A stretch of DNA of 64,000 bases from NCBI GenBank assembly GCA_963677495.2, contig CAXXOU010000001.1, positions 384,001 through 448,000 of the forward strand, in the 5' to 3' direction. Positions 9,971 through 21,793 of this stretch are shown in pieces (the stretch's first letter is position 1; each line of letters begins with the position of its first letter). The notes under the pieces are model-generated. The model ran no database searches, was not told where the DNA came from, and saw only the letters and a list, made by a program, of their open reading frames with translations. The DNA is from Candidatus Cloacimonadales bacterium. GTDB lineage: Bacteria; Cloacimonadota; Cloacimonadia; Cloacimonadales; JAFGVF01. The translations under genes and the position numbers were made by a program.

Positions 9971-10840
9971 ATGTTAAATCCTGTAAAGCATTGTGCTGCA
10001 TTTCATGATTTATCCGGTTTCGGAAGAGTGTCACTTGGAGTTGTAATTCCAATCCTCACAACTATGGGGATTCAGGTTAGCTCGGTTCCAACAGCTGTCC
10101 TTTCAACACACACCGGTCTGGAGGGATTCAGCTTTCTTGATCTCACTCCACAAATGAAGGATTTTATCAGTCATTGGAAGAAACTGGGATTCTTATTCGA
10201 TAACATCTACAGCGGTTTCCTGGGTTCACCGGCTCAGATAGATGTTGTAAAATCCTTTATCAGGGATTTTAAACAAGACAATCAGTTGATTACAATTGAC
10301 CCTGTGATGGCTGATAACGGAGAGCTTTACTCATGCTTTGATAACAGCATTGTTGTTAAGATGAAAGAGCTTGTTCAAGTAGCTGACCTCATCACACCCA
10401 ATATCACTGAAGCAGCATTGCTTTTGGATAGAGAAGTCCCAAACGATATGAGCGATGATATGGTTAAAGAGTGGTGCCTTAGGCTATCAGAACTTGGACC
10501 AAAATATTCAGTTATTACTAGTATTCCACAAAAAGATGGTGCCATTTCCTCTGTTGTGGGTTATAATAAAGATATAGATAGATTCTGGAAAGTTGATTGT
10601 ACTTATCTTCCGGCTGAGTATCCAGGCACAGGTGATGTATTCACAAGTGTCCTAAATGGGTCACTAATGCAAGGCGATAGTCTACCAATAGCTCTGGAAA
10701 GAGCGGTTCAGTTTGTTTCGTTATCTATTAGGTCAACATTCGGTTATCAGAAATCTGAGCAAGAGGGTGTTTTCATTGAGAAAACACTTGGAAGTTTACG
10801 TTCACCTTTAAGTCTTAGCACTTATCAATTGATGGAGTAA
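9971..10840 (+). CDS. pdxK: Pyridoxal/pyridoxamine kinase
   Basis: HDLSGFGR.SL, TAVLSTHTG, YSGFLGS, DPVMADNG, ITPNITEA, GTGD. Confidence 0.9.
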   Translation: MLNPVKHCAAFHDLSGFGRVSLGVVIPILTTMGIQVSSVPTAVLSTHTGLEGFSFLDLTPQMKDFISHWKKLGFLFDNIYSGFLGSPAQIDVVKSFIRDFKQDNQLITIDPVMADNGELYSCFDNSIVVKMKELVQVADLITPNITEAALLLDREVPNDMSDDMVKEWCLRLSELGPKYSVITSIPQKDGAISSVVGYNKDIDRFWKVDCTYLPAEYPGTGDVFTSVLNGSLMQGDSLPIALERAVQFVSLSIRSTFGYQKSEQEGVFIEKTLGSLRSPLSLSTYQLME

Positions 10841-10843
10841 GTT

Positions 10844-11656
10844 ATGAAGTTAGTTATTACAGATTTAGATGGGACCCTTTTAAACAATCGGGGGAAAGTA
10901 AGTGAGATAGATCTCTACACCCTTAAAAAGTTAGGACAAAACAAAGTCTTTAGAGTTATCGCAACAGGACGTTCACTTTTCAGCTTTAAAGAAGTTATTC
11001 CACCTGATTTTCCGATTGACTTTCTAATCTTCTCGTCCGGTGGAGGATTAATGAATTGGCAAACTCAAACAATGCTAGAGACAGCGGAGCTTACACAAGA
11101 GGAAGTACAATACTGCACTGAGATTCTCATGGCTCATGAAATCGATTTCATGATACATGAACCTATTCCTGAAAACCACAAGTTCTTCTATTACAGCCAT
11201 GGATGTATAAATCCTGATTTCCAACGAAGAATTCAGCTGTATGAAAACTATAGCACTGAGTTTGTGAAAGAGAACCATTGTTATAAACCGGCTACTCAAG
11301 TATTGGGTATAGTTCCTGAAAATGGTGCTGATATAATAGAGAAGCTACGCAAGCTTATGCCCGAGCTCACAGTTATTAGGGCTACATCTCCCATTGATGG
11401 TAAATCAACCTGGATAGAGATATTCCCACAAAACGTTTCGAAAGGGCACACTTCACTGCTTCTGGCTGATAGACTTGAGATTGATAGAACTGAAATAGCA
11501 GTTTTAGGCAACGATTACAACGATATTGAGATGCTTGGTATCACTGATAACAGCTTTGTTGTTAGGAACGCTCCCAAGGAAATGAAGGAAACATATCAAG
11601 TAGTGGCATCTCATAATAAGAATGGTTTTACTGAGATGGTAGAGAGTTTTATATGA
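10844..11656 (+). CDS. Cof-type HAD-IIB hydrolase
   Basis: TDLDGTLL, ATGRS, SKG, GNDYNDIEML. Confidence 0.9.
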   Translation: MKLVITDLDGTLLNNRGKVSEIDLYTLKKLGQNKVFRVIATGRSLFSFKEVIPPDFPIDFLIFSSGGGLMNWQTQTMLETAELTQEEVQYCTEILMAHEIDFMIHEPIPENHKFFYYSHGCINPDFQRRIQLYENYSTEFVKENHCYKPATQVLGIVPENGADIIEKLRKLMPELTVIRATSPIDGKSTWIEIFPQNVSKGHTSLLLADRLEIDRTEIAVLGNDYNDIEMLGITDNSFVVRNAPKEMKETYQVVASHNKNGFTEMVESFI

Positions 11657-12117
11657 GAAGAAAAGATAGAGAGATAACAGATAAACATGAGATAGATGCA
11701 ATTCTAAGTAGAGGGGAAGTATGTTATCTTTCATTTATAGATGGCGACTACCCATACACAGTTCCATTAAATTATGGCTATAGAGAGAATAAGCTTTACT
11801 TTCATTGTGCTAAACAGGGGAAAAAGATTGATTTGATTAATGCTAATCCCAACTGTTCTTTTGCTATTTCAATTGATCATCTCCTTATTACTGACGGAAT
11901 AGCCTCTCACTGCACGATGAAGTACAAATCAGTTTGTGGAAGAGGTAAAATGAGAATCATTAATTCAGACGATGAAAAAGCTATAGCACTACAAATCCTC
12001 ATGGAACAGTATGTCCCTACTAAAGTATGGGATTTTAGTGGTGGTTGCTTCGATGGTGTCGGAATCATAGTGCTCGATATCGAGGAGATGACAGGCAAGA
12101 AGAGCTTACCAACTTAA
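11653..12117 (+). CDS. Pyridoxamine 5'-phosphate oxidase-like flavin-binding protein (NimA-like)
   Basis: MRRKDREI, PYTVPLNYGY, LYFHCAKQGKK, YKSV.G.G, TGK. Confidence 0.88.
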   Translation: MRRKDREITDKHEIDAILSRGEVCYLSFIDGDYPYTVPLNYGYRENKLYFHCAKQGKKIDLINANPNCSFAISIDHLLITDGIASHCTMKYKSVCGRGKMRIINSDDEKAIALQILMEQYVPTKVWDFSGGCFDGVGIIVLDIEEMTGKKSLPT

Positions 12118-12133
12118 GCTTGCACCGCAACGA

Positions 12134-12310
12134 ACGATCATGCTAGCATGATTGTAAGTGTGGGGCGAAGCGAAATCAGGTGATTGGCTTATAAATGTAA
12201 CCCGACCACCCCTGGTCGGACTAAAAACATGTCGATCATGGGTGATCGACTTACCAAAGTAACTCGACTGTCTCGGTCCAGTAAATAAACGACCCGGAGT
12301 GTCGTTATAC
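12134..12310. repeat. REP/BIME-like array of short hairpins in alternating orientation
   Basis: GTAA-cCCGACCacccctGGTCGG (12197 +), GTAA-GTCGATCAcccaTGATCGAC (12254 -), GTAA-ctcgactgtctcggtcca (12259 +), GTAT-AACGACactccggGTCGTT (12310 -); extra hairpin 12134-12155. Confidence 0.65.
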
Positions 12311-12330
12311 TAAATAACCTGGAGGTATTT

Positions 12331-13419
12331 ATGCAAACCATAAAAGATATATTAAGAAAACTCAATGCACTTGCCCCAACCGCAATTGCATACAGTTGGG
12401 ATAATGTCGGGCTTATGCTCGGAAGTCCTGATTGGGAAGTTAAGAAAATTCTGTTAACCCTTGATGTTACAGAAAACGCTATTAATAAAGCTATAGAGAT
12501 TGGTGCTGACCTGATTCTGGCTCATCATCCGTTTATCTTCCGTCCTGTGAAAAGTATTACCGACCCTCGTCATATTAAGCTGATTGAGAAAAGAATTGGA
12601 GTGATTTCCATTCATACTAACCTGGACTTAGTTCATGGTGGAGTGAATACAGCATTAGCTGAAATCCTGGGTTTATCAGATTGGGAACCTCTCTCTACTG
12701 AATCCGGAACCGAATGGCTGAAGTTCGAAATGTCTATTCCTGAAACTCATCTAGCTCAGATGCTAAAAGCTCTTGCTGAAGCTGGTGCAGGCAAAGTAGG
12801 GGCTTATGATATGTGTTCAACTACATGGGATTCAGAAGTTCGATTCCGACCACAAGCAAACAGTAATCCATTTAGTGGAGAAACAGGAATAGTGGCTCAG
12901 GATAAAGTGAAGAGACTCTCATTCATGGCTGAATCATTCCACAGATTTGCTATTGAAACTACTATCAAACAAGTTCATCCATATGAAGAACCCGGATATA
13001 CAATAACTAAGGTTGAGAACCCCAGTCCTAGTTATAAGTTAGGTCTAATTGGTAAACTGAAGACTCCCCTTGAGATGTCGGAGTTTGCTGAGTTTGTGAA
13101 ATCAAAACTTCAAGCTCCATCTGTGAAGCTTTGGCCTGCTAATAACAGTGACGGAAGTATGATTAAGACTGTGGCAATATGTGGCGGTAGTGGCACATCT
13201 GTTCTGGGGAAAGCGATAGGCAAAGCAGATATTCTTGTAACTGCAGACCTTACGTATCACACAATTCTAGACAGCCCAATTCCTTTAATTGATGCAGGAC
13301 ACCTTTACACCGAGTACCCTGTTCTCAAGAATCTTGAATCTTATCTTGCAGATGATTCTCTCAAGTTTGAATATCTTCCTCTTGATGAACACGAATACAG
13401 TGGCTTAGTAACAATTTAA
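12331..13419 (+). CDS. Nif3-like dinuclear metal protein (GTP cyclohydrolase I type 2 homolog) with PII-like insert
   Basis: WDNVGL, AHHPFIF, HTNLD, HPYEEP, VAICGGSG, DAGH..TE. Confidence 0.92.
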   Translation: MQTIKDILRKLNALAPTAIAYSWDNVGLMLGSPDWEVKKILLTLDVTENAINKAIEIGADLILAHHPFIFRPVKSITDPRHIKLIEKRIGVISIHTNLDLVHGGVNTALAEILGLSDWEPLSTESGTEWLKFEMSIPETHLAQMLKALAEAGAGKVGAYDMCSTTWDSEVRFRPQANSNPFSGETGIVAQDKVKRLSFMAESFHRFAIETTIKQVHPYEEPGYTITKVENPSPSYKLGLIGKLKTPLEMSEFAEFVKSKLQAPSVKLWPANNSDGSMIKTVAICGGSGTSVLGKAIGKADILVTADLTYHTILDSPIPLIDAGHLYTEYPVLKNLESYLADDSLKFEYLPLDEHEYSGLVTI

Positions 13420-13559
13420 TTTTGGATTATATTAAGAGTCCATGACATCCATTGTTATTATATTCTTAAATAAAGAGGCTTAATCTTGAATCTACTCTTC
13501 ATTATTTCAATTCTAAAGATTTAGTTTGACTAATGTTTCTCAGCTATGAAAAAGGGAGA

Positions 13560-13823
13560 ATGGATAATAAGAAATGGCACAATGACCCCGAGATAGCTAA
13601 ATATCTGACACTTATCGGTCAAACCGGATTGATGATGGCGGGTTGTATAGTCGTTTCAGTGCTAATAGGAATCTGGTTAGATCACCGGAGTGGTAGCTCT
13701 CCATTATTCTTGGCAATATTTTGTATTGTTGGAGTGCTATCAGGATTCTTTGGTGTTTACAAAATGATAGCAAGATTCTATAATAGCGATAGAGCATCGG
13801 AAAAGGAAGAAAAACAGTCTTGA
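13560..13823 (+). CDS. AtpZ/AtpI-family (ATPase_gene1) two-TM protein
   Basis: Two TM helices with IG.WLD...SSPLF; RBS GGGAGA before ATG 13560; first gene of atp operon. Confidence 0.85.
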   Translation: MDNKKWHNDPEIAKYLTLIGQTGLMMAGCIVVSVLIGIWLDHRSGSSPLFLAIFCIVGVLSGFFGVYKMIARFYNSDRASEKEEKQS

Positions 13824-14197
13824 CAACTAAGCGATTTGTTATAGAGGTAGTAGTCATTATTTGCTTGACAAATATACCTGCGCTCCTATTGATACCGACG
13901 AATTTCCAGGGAGCTTACAGCTGGTTTCTTGGATCATTCGGAAGCGCCATAAACTTTGTCTGGATGTACTTGGCAGCAGCCAGTGCGTTCGGTCCGATAG
14001 CAAAAAGTACTCAGGTGAAAACAGTGAAAGCGTTTTATTTTCGTTATCTGTTCTTGATAGCGTTATCGCTTATTTCTGTGAAACTCCTGAATGCTGACAT
14101 CTTAATATTTGGTCTTGGGCTCTTAGCAGCTCAAGGTGTTATCTTTGCAAGAAGCTTGATAGAATCTATCATCAAAGATAGGTTCGCAAAGAAATAG
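13820..14197 (+). CDS. atpI: ATP synthase protein I (four TM)
   Basis: TTG start overlapping previous stop; four hydrophobic segments, G....INF and Y.RY patterns; directly precedes atpB. Confidence 0.75.
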   Translation: MTTKRFVIEVVVIICLTNIPALLLIPTNFQGAYSWFLGSFGSAINFVWMYLAAASAFGPIAKSTQVKTVKAFYFRYLFLIALSLISVKLLNADILIFGLGLLAAQGVIFARSLIESIIKDRFAKK

Positions 14198-14207
14198 CGG
14201 AGTAAAT

Positions 14208-15221
14208 ATGTCGAAAAAGAAAAAGGGATTACTAAGGTTATTTGTAATCTTCTTTGTCATCGAATTTGGTCTCTCATTCTTTCTAACCAGTACAATTCAT
14301 ATTGGAAAGGACCCTGAAACCGGCAAGTTTGGAATCAGAGTCGAGAAAGAGGAAGAATCACTTCAAGAAGAGATCATAGCCGATACTCAACCGGATACAT
14401 ACTTCAGAGAATCTGAAATGATGCAGGCAAAAGTTGAACATGGCTCCGAGGAGCAGTTAACTAATGCTGAAATCATCAAACTGTATCAGGATGAGCATAA
14501 TGAAGAAGCTTTACACGAAATAGCTGAATTCCTGCCCTACAAAAGTATTGGGGTCTATTTAACCTTTCACAAAATCTTCGGTGATGCAAGTACAATTAAC
14601 AGTTTCAAACTTCTCAGAATGTTACTTATTGTAGACATCATCTTTATCGTTCTCGCGATCTCAATTCGCAAGGGTGTAAAGTTCTATCCCGGAAAACTTC
14701 AGATTGTGGGTGAATCCTTCTATTCAGGGGCCGAGGGGATGGTTAAAGACACGCTCGGAAAAGAGAACGTTCATTTCACACCTTACCTTCTAACGCTATT
14801 CCTGTTTATCTGGTTCTGTAACCTGATTGGTATTATACCTATTCCGGGCTTTATAGAACCTACCAGAAACTTGAATGTGCCGATGGGACTTGGTCTTGCA
14901 GCTCTTTCAGTTGTACATTTCATGTCTATTAAGAAGAAAGGATTGTGGGCATATATGAAGGAGTATGGAGAGCCAATGGTATTCCTCGCTCCATTAAACA
15001 TCATTGGTGAGTTGTCTAAAGTAGTTTCTATTGCCTTCCGTTTATTCGGTAATATTATGGGTGGTGGAATCATTATTCTTGTTGTTTCAGCTCTTACCAA
15101 ATTAATCATCGTACCGGTTGGATTGTACGGTTTCTTTGGAATCTTTGCAGGTTCAATTCAGGCTTTTGTGTTCGCAATGCTTGCCATGAGTTACCTTGCA
15201 GTAGCTATTGCTGAAGAATAG
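14208..15221 (+). CDS. atpB: F0 subunit a with long N-terminal extension
   Basis: PGKLQ, N.IG.IP, PTRNLN, SIAFRLFGNI (essential Arg), IQAFVF. Confidence 0.95.
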   Translation: MSKKKKGLLRLFVIFFVIEFGLSFFLTSTIHIGKDPETGKFGIRVEKEEESLQEEIIADTQPDTYFRESEMMQAKVEHGSEEQLTNAEIIKLYQDEHNEEALHEIAEFLPYKSIGVYLTFHKIFGDASTINSFKLLRMLLIVDIIFIVLAISIRKGVKFYPGKLQIVGESFYSGAEGMVKDTLGKENVHFTPYLLTLFLFIWFCNLIGIIPIPGFIEPTRNLNVPMGLGLAALSVVHFMSIKKKGLWAYMKEYGEPMVFLAPLNIIGELSKVVSIAFRLFGNIMGGGIIILVVSALTKLIIVPVGLYGFFGIFAGSIQAFVFAMLAMSYLAVAIAEE

Positions 15222-15233
15222 GGTGGAGAAAAT

Positions 15234-15983
15234 ATGGTATTAACATCAGAAATTCTTAACATCGCTGCTTTCATTGGCGCAGCTATCGCAACAGGTGTAG
15301 CATCATTGAGTGCAGGTATAGGTGAAGGGCAAACAGCAGGTGAAGCTTCATTTGCTCTTATGCGTCAGCCAAAAGCAGGAGATGGACTTCTCAGAACCAT
15401 GCTTATCAGTCAGGCAGTAACAGAGACAGGTGCGATATTCGGACTTGTTGTTTCATTGCTTCTGATATTCAGTGGACTGAATAATCCGGATGCAGGTTGG
15501 TTTAGATTCGGAACTCTCTTAGCTGCCGGTTTATCAATCGGTATCGGTAGTATAGGACCCGGATTCGGTTCAGGTTATACCGGAGCAATTTCTTGTCGCT
15601 CAATAGGTAGAATGCCGGATCAACAGAATAGAATCACAACGACTATGTTAATCGGACAGGCATTAGCACAAACAGATGCTATCTTTGCTCTCGTTGTTTC
15701 TCTTCTATTACTCTATTCTACACCAATAACCCCTGTAGCTGCTACAGCAGGGCAGATTATAATGAGAATCTGTGGGTATGTTGGAGCATCTCTTGCTATC
15801 GGTATCGGAACATTCGGACCGGGGATCGGTATCGGATATGTAGCCGGACGTTCAACTGATATGCTTGGTCGTTTTTCAGCTCAAGGCTCAACAATTACAA
15901 GAACTATGTTCCTCGGGGCAGCAGTATCAGAATCAACTGCTATCTATGCACTCGTTGTAGCATTCCTATTAATATTTATATAA
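15234..15983 (+). CDS. atpE: F0 subunit c, triplicated (three hairpins, six TM)
   Basis: Three c-repeats ending QAVTETGAIF / QALAQTDAIF / AAVSESTAIY, each with a GxGxGxG inner helix and R-x-P/S loop. Confidence 0.92.
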   Translation: MVLTSEILNIAAFIGAAIATGVASLSAGIGEGQTAGEASFALMRQPKAGDGLLRTMLISQAVTETGAIFGLVVSLLLIFSGLNNPDAGWFRFGTLLAAGLSIGIGSIGPGFGSGYTGAISCRSIGRMPDQQNRITTTMLIGQALAQTDAIFALVVSLLLLYSTPITPVAATAGQIIMRICGYVGASLAIGIGTFGPGIGIGYVAGRSTDMLGRFSAQGSTITRTMFLGAAVSESTAIYALVVAFLLIFI

Positions 15984-15993
15984 ATGAAAATAA

Positions 15994-16263
<270 letters not shown>

Positions 16264-16310
16264 CTTGTGCGTAGACCGATTTTGTTCAAAACCAAAACAA
16301 AGGATAAAAA

Positions 16311-16787
16311 ATGATTAGTATTGATGTTTCTTTAGTCGTTGTTATCCTGAACTTTATTCTGCTTCTTATAGTATTAAACAAAGTTGCGTTTAAGCCACTT
16401 CGTGAGATGCTTGAGAAGAGACAGAAACAGATTCAAGATGATATAGATTCGGCTGGAAAATCAAAAGAGGATGCTCAACAACTCCTTAAAACTCAAGAAG
16501 AAGAATATAAGCAGGCTACAACTGAAGCCAGGCACCTACGCGATAAGATAAAAAAGGAAGCTCAGATAGAAGCTGACAAGATTATCGATGAAGCCCATGC
16601 TCAGAATAAGAAGCTTTTAGCTGATGGTGAGAAACGACTTGAGATGGAATCAAAGAAAGCGCTTAAGAGTCTCGAAGGTGAAGTTGCAACATTGGTTGCA
16701 GAGCTTTCATCTAAAGTGCTTGGAACTAAGATTGATTCTGAAAAGGATAAAGAGCTAATCGAAAAGATGCTTAAGGAACGGAGCTAA
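16311..16787 (+). CDS. atpF: F0 subunit b
   Basis: N-terminal TM with NF, KPL...LEKRQ..I, coiled coil. Confidence 0.93.
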   Translation: MISIDVSLVVVILNFILLLIVLNKVAFKPLREMLEKRQKQIQDDIDSAGKSKEDAQQLLKTQEEEYKQATTEARHLRDKIKKEAQIEADKIIDEAHAQNKKLLADGEKRLEMESKKALKSLEGEVATLVAELSSKVLGTKIDSEKDKELIEKMLKERS

Positions 16788-16789
16788 TA

Positions 16790-17323
16790 GTGAAACAGCA
16801 TATAATTGCAGATCGCTATGCTAAGGGATTACTTGCCCTTTTCTCCCTTGCTGAGTTCAAAGACCTTAGAAATGATATATATTTTCTACTAAAGGACATT
16901 GAAGAGAACAGTAAGTTAAAACCATTCCTTGCTTCTCCACTGATAAAAGCTACTGAGAAGATGAAACTTTTCAAAGAGATTTCTGCAACTCTTCACTACG
17001 GAGAGAGATGGAATAGTCTTTTGGAGCTTCTGATTAAGAATAATCGCGAGATACATATACAAACTATTCTTGAAGAGATTGATAAGATGATTCTTGAACA
17101 GTTAAGCGTATGTAAGGTTACGATTAAAGTAGCTCATGAGATTGATGATAAGCTTAAGGCTGATATTGAGGAGAAAATCTCCGAAAGCCTTCATAAAAAG
17201 ATTATCCCTACTTATGTAATCGATCTCTCAGTCGGTGGTGGATTTATAGCTGAAACAGATTCCCAAATTATTAATGCTTCACTGAAGCATAATATTGAAA
17301 GATTTACTCAAAATCACAACTAA
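16790..17323 (+). CDS. atpH: F1 subunit delta
   Basis: GTG start; IADRYAKGL, SP.I, GGGFI; position between atpF and atpA. Confidence 0.9.
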   Translation: MKQHIIADRYAKGLLALFSLAEFKDLRNDIYFLLKDIEENSKLKPFLASPLIKATEKMKLFKEISATLHYGERWNSLLELLIKNNREIHIQTILEEIDKMILEQLSVCKVTIKVAHEIDDKLKADIEEKISESLHKKIIPTYVIDLSVGGGFIAETDSQIINASLKHNIERFTQNHN

Positions 17324-17338
17324 ACAGTTGAGGATACT

Positions 17339-18844
17339 ATGATAATTCAACCAGATGAAATAAGTTCCTTAATCAGAGATAGGATAAATAATTTTAAATT
17401 CGACATCGATGTTGCCGAAACAGGTAAGATTATCCAAGTGGGTGACGGGATTGCCCGTATCTACGGACTGGATAATGTTATGTCCATGGAGATGTTGCTC
17501 TTCCCGGGTGATATATATGGCATGGCTTTGAACCTGGAAGAGGGGAATATCGGTGCAGTTATATTCGGTGATGCTACTGCTATTAAAGAGGGCGACATTG
17601 TAAAGAGAACCGGTAAAATTCTTCAGGTTCCTGTTGGTGAAGCTCTTCTTGGTCGTGTTGTAAACACGCTCGGACAACCGATTGACGGTAAAGGCGAGAT
17701 TAAAGCAGCTGAGTATAGAAACATGGAGAGTAAAGCTCTGGGTGTTATTGACAGACAACCGGTTGTTGAACCAGTTCAGACAGGTATCAAAGCTATCGAC
17801 GCTATGATTCCTATCGGTCGTGGTCAGCGTGAGTTGATTATTGGTGATAGACAGACAGGTAAAACTGCCATTGCTATCGATACAATTATCAACCAGAAGA
17901 AATCAGATATGTATTGTATCTATGTTGCTGTTGGTCAGAAACAATCAACAGTTGCAAAAATTGTAAAGACACTCGAAGAGCACGGAGCGATGGATTATAC
18001 AACTATCGTAATGGCATCTGCTAATAATGCTCCTGCTCTCCAATATATGGCTCCTTATGCAGGTTGCGCAATGGGTGAATACTTCATGCTCAACGGTAAG
18101 CACGCTCTTATCATTTATGATGATCTCTCTAAGCATGCTGTTGCATATCGTGAGATTTCACTTCTTCTCAGAAGACCACCGGGACGTGAAGCGTATCCGG
18201 GTGACGTTTTCTATCTACATTCACGCTTGCTTGAAAGAGCTTCCAAGCTTAGTGATGCTCATGGTGGCGGTTCTCTTACAGCATTGCCTATTATCGAAAC
18301 TAAAGCTGAAGATGTATCAGCATATATCCCAACAAATGTGATTTCCATTACCGATGGACAGATTTACTTGAGTTCAAAGCTTTTCTACTCAGGTATCAGA
18401 CCTGCTATTAATGCAGGTATATCTGTGTCTCGTGTTGGTGGTGCAGCACAGATTAAAGCAATGAAAAAGGTTGTTGGACAGCTTAAGTTTGCTCTTGCTC
18501 AGTATGATGAGCTTGCAGCTTTCTCTAAGTTTGGTTCTGACCTTGATAAGACAACTCTTGCCCAGCTCAGACGCGGTGAAAGAATTGTTGAGATGCTTAA
18601 GCAGGGACAGTATCAACCACTTGAAGTCTATAAAGAGATTATGGTTGTGTTCATGGTTAACGAAGGTTATCTTGATCAAGTAGAGAAAGATCAGGTTTCT
18701 GAAGTTGAATCAGAACTCTATCTTACTCTTGATACAGAATACAAAGAGTTCTGTCAGAAGTTGGTTGAAGGTGGACTTGATGATGATAAACGCTCTCAGA
18801 TGAAAGCTATCTGTGAACAGGTAATCGGTAAGTTTGCCAAGTAA
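17339..18844 (+). CDS. atpA: F1 subunit alpha
   Basis: [38 protein letters not shown]. Confidence 0.99.
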   Translation: MIIQPDEISSLIRDRINNFKFDIDVAETGKIIQVGDGIARIYGLDNVMSMEMLLFPGDIYGMALNLEEGNIGAVIFGDATAIKEGDIVKRTGKILQVPVGEALLGRVVNTLGQPIDGKGEIKAAEYRNMESKALGVIDRQPVVEPVQTGIKAIDAMIPIGRGQRELIIGDRQTGKTAIAIDTIINQKKSDMYCIYVAVGQKQSTVAKIVKTLEEHGAMDYTTIVMASANNAPALQYMAPYAGCAMGEYFMLNGKHALIIYDDLSKHAVAYREISLLLRRPPGREAYPGDVFYLHSRLLERASKLSDAHGGGSLTALPIIETKAEDVSAYIPTNVISITDGQIYLSSKLFYSGIRPAINAGISVSRVGGAAQIKAMKKVVGQLKFALAQYDELAAFSKFGSDLDKTTLAQLRRGERIVEMLKQGQYQPLEVYKEIMVVFMVNEGYLDQVEKDQVSEVESELYLTLDTEYKEFCQKLVEGGLDDDKRSQMKAICEQVIGKFAK

Positions 18845-18864
18845 CCACATAATCCGGAGTAAGA

Positions 18865-19719
18865 ATGGGAAACATTAATGATATAAAAGAAAGAATTGGC
18901 AGTGTTCAGAGTACTAAACAGATTACTAATGCCATGAAGATGGTTGCAGCTGCAAAGATGCGTAAAGCACAGCAGAACATGTTTAATGCTCGTCCTTATG
19001 CTCACAAGATAATGGAGATGACCAGAGTTGTGAAGCTTAAGAACAGAATGACTGACAATATCTTTCTTAAAGAAACAGACCCGTCCGGAAAAACTCTTTA
19101 TGTTTTCGTAACAGCTGACCGTGGACTTTGCGGTTCATTTAACTCTCAGATTACCAGAACAGGTGACCACCTTTTGGCTCAACACCCTGACAGTGATATT
19201 ATCTGTATCGGTAAGAAAAGTTACGATTATTTCAAGAAGAAATCAGACAGAATTATTGCAAATTATACCGGTATGATGGAGAAGTTCAGCTTCGATATCA
19301 CAGCCGAAATCGCTGATAAAATTAAAGAATTGTACCTATCCAATCAGTATAGTAAGGTTATTGTCCTCTTCAACGAATTCAAGAGTGTTATGCAGCAGAA
19401 GATTGGTCATCTGCAGTTACTCCCTATTCCAAAAGTAGAAGAGGAAAGTGTGTCTATGGTTGATTATGTTTATGAACCAGATGCAGATACAGTAATTGAC
19501 AACCTGATTGAGCGTTATCTTCATTTCCAAATTTGGCAGGTATTCCTTGAATCCTCAGCTTCTGAACAGAGTAGTCGTATGACTGCTATGGATAGTGCAA
19601 CTGAGAATGCTAAAGATCTTATTGATAAACTGGAATTGCAATATAACAGAGAAAGACAGGCTTCAATTACAACCGAAATTATTGAGGTTGCTTCCGGTGC
19701 TGAAGCAATCAACAATTAA
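18865..19719 (+). CDS. atpG: F1 subunit gamma
   Basis: QITNAMKMVAAAK, DRGLCGSFN, RMTAMDSATENA, RQASITTEI. Confidence 0.99.
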   Translation: MGNINDIKERIGSVQSTKQITNAMKMVAAAKMRKAQQNMFNARPYAHKIMEMTRVVKLKNRMTDNIFLKETDPSGKTLYVFVTADRGLCGSFNSQITRTGDHLLAQHPDSDIICIGKKSYDYFKKKSDRIIANYTGMMEKFSFDITAEIADKIKELYLSNQYSKVIVLFNEFKSVMQQKIGHLQLLPIPKVEEESVSMVDYVYEPDADTVIDNLIERYLHFQIWQVFLESSASEQSSRMTAMDSATENAKDLIDKLELQYNRERQASITTEIIEVASGAEAINN

Positions 19720-21517
<1,798 letters not shown>

Positions 21518-21547
21518 GTTGTAATCCAAGAAAAACCAATCTAAACT

Positions 21548-21572
21548 AAGACCGCTGCAAAGCGGTCTTTTA
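21548..21572 (+). terminator. Intrinsic terminator of atp operon
   Basis: AAGACCGCT-gcaa-AGCGGTCTT followed by T run. Confidence 0.85.
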
Positions 21573-21748
21573 TGTTTACCCGGATCTTTACCTCATGCGA
21601 TTAATTGTAGAAATCATAGCGCTACTCCTTAGTCTCACCCATGTAACTTTATTTTTTCCACATCCATATCTCATCCTTTGAGATACTTGCAATCAAAGGA
21701 TTATGCACTTATTGGTAATTGTTATAATTTTAAACGTAGTTAGTTAAC

Positions 21749-21774
21749 AAAAAGCCCCCGCTTTCGCAGGGGCT
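21749..21774 (-). terminator. Intrinsic terminator of the 1899-aa gene
   Basis: Minus strand AGCCCCTGCG-aaag-CGGGGGCT followed by TTTT. Confidence 0.8.
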
Positions 21775-21793
21775 ATTATTTATAAAGAATGAA

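Noticed and set aside
12118..12200. Integron attC site
   Set aside because: No convincing RYYYAAC...GTTRRRY ends, no cassette array and no integrase
15234..15983. Assembly artefact fusing three atpE copies
   Set aside because: The three repeats are strongly diverged from each other and from the 79-aa c, and are joined by distinct in-frame linkers
21520..21790. Replication terminus or dif site at the + to - gene-orientation switch
   Set aside because: No recognisable XerC/XerD dif sequence; two ordinary convergent terminators explain the region
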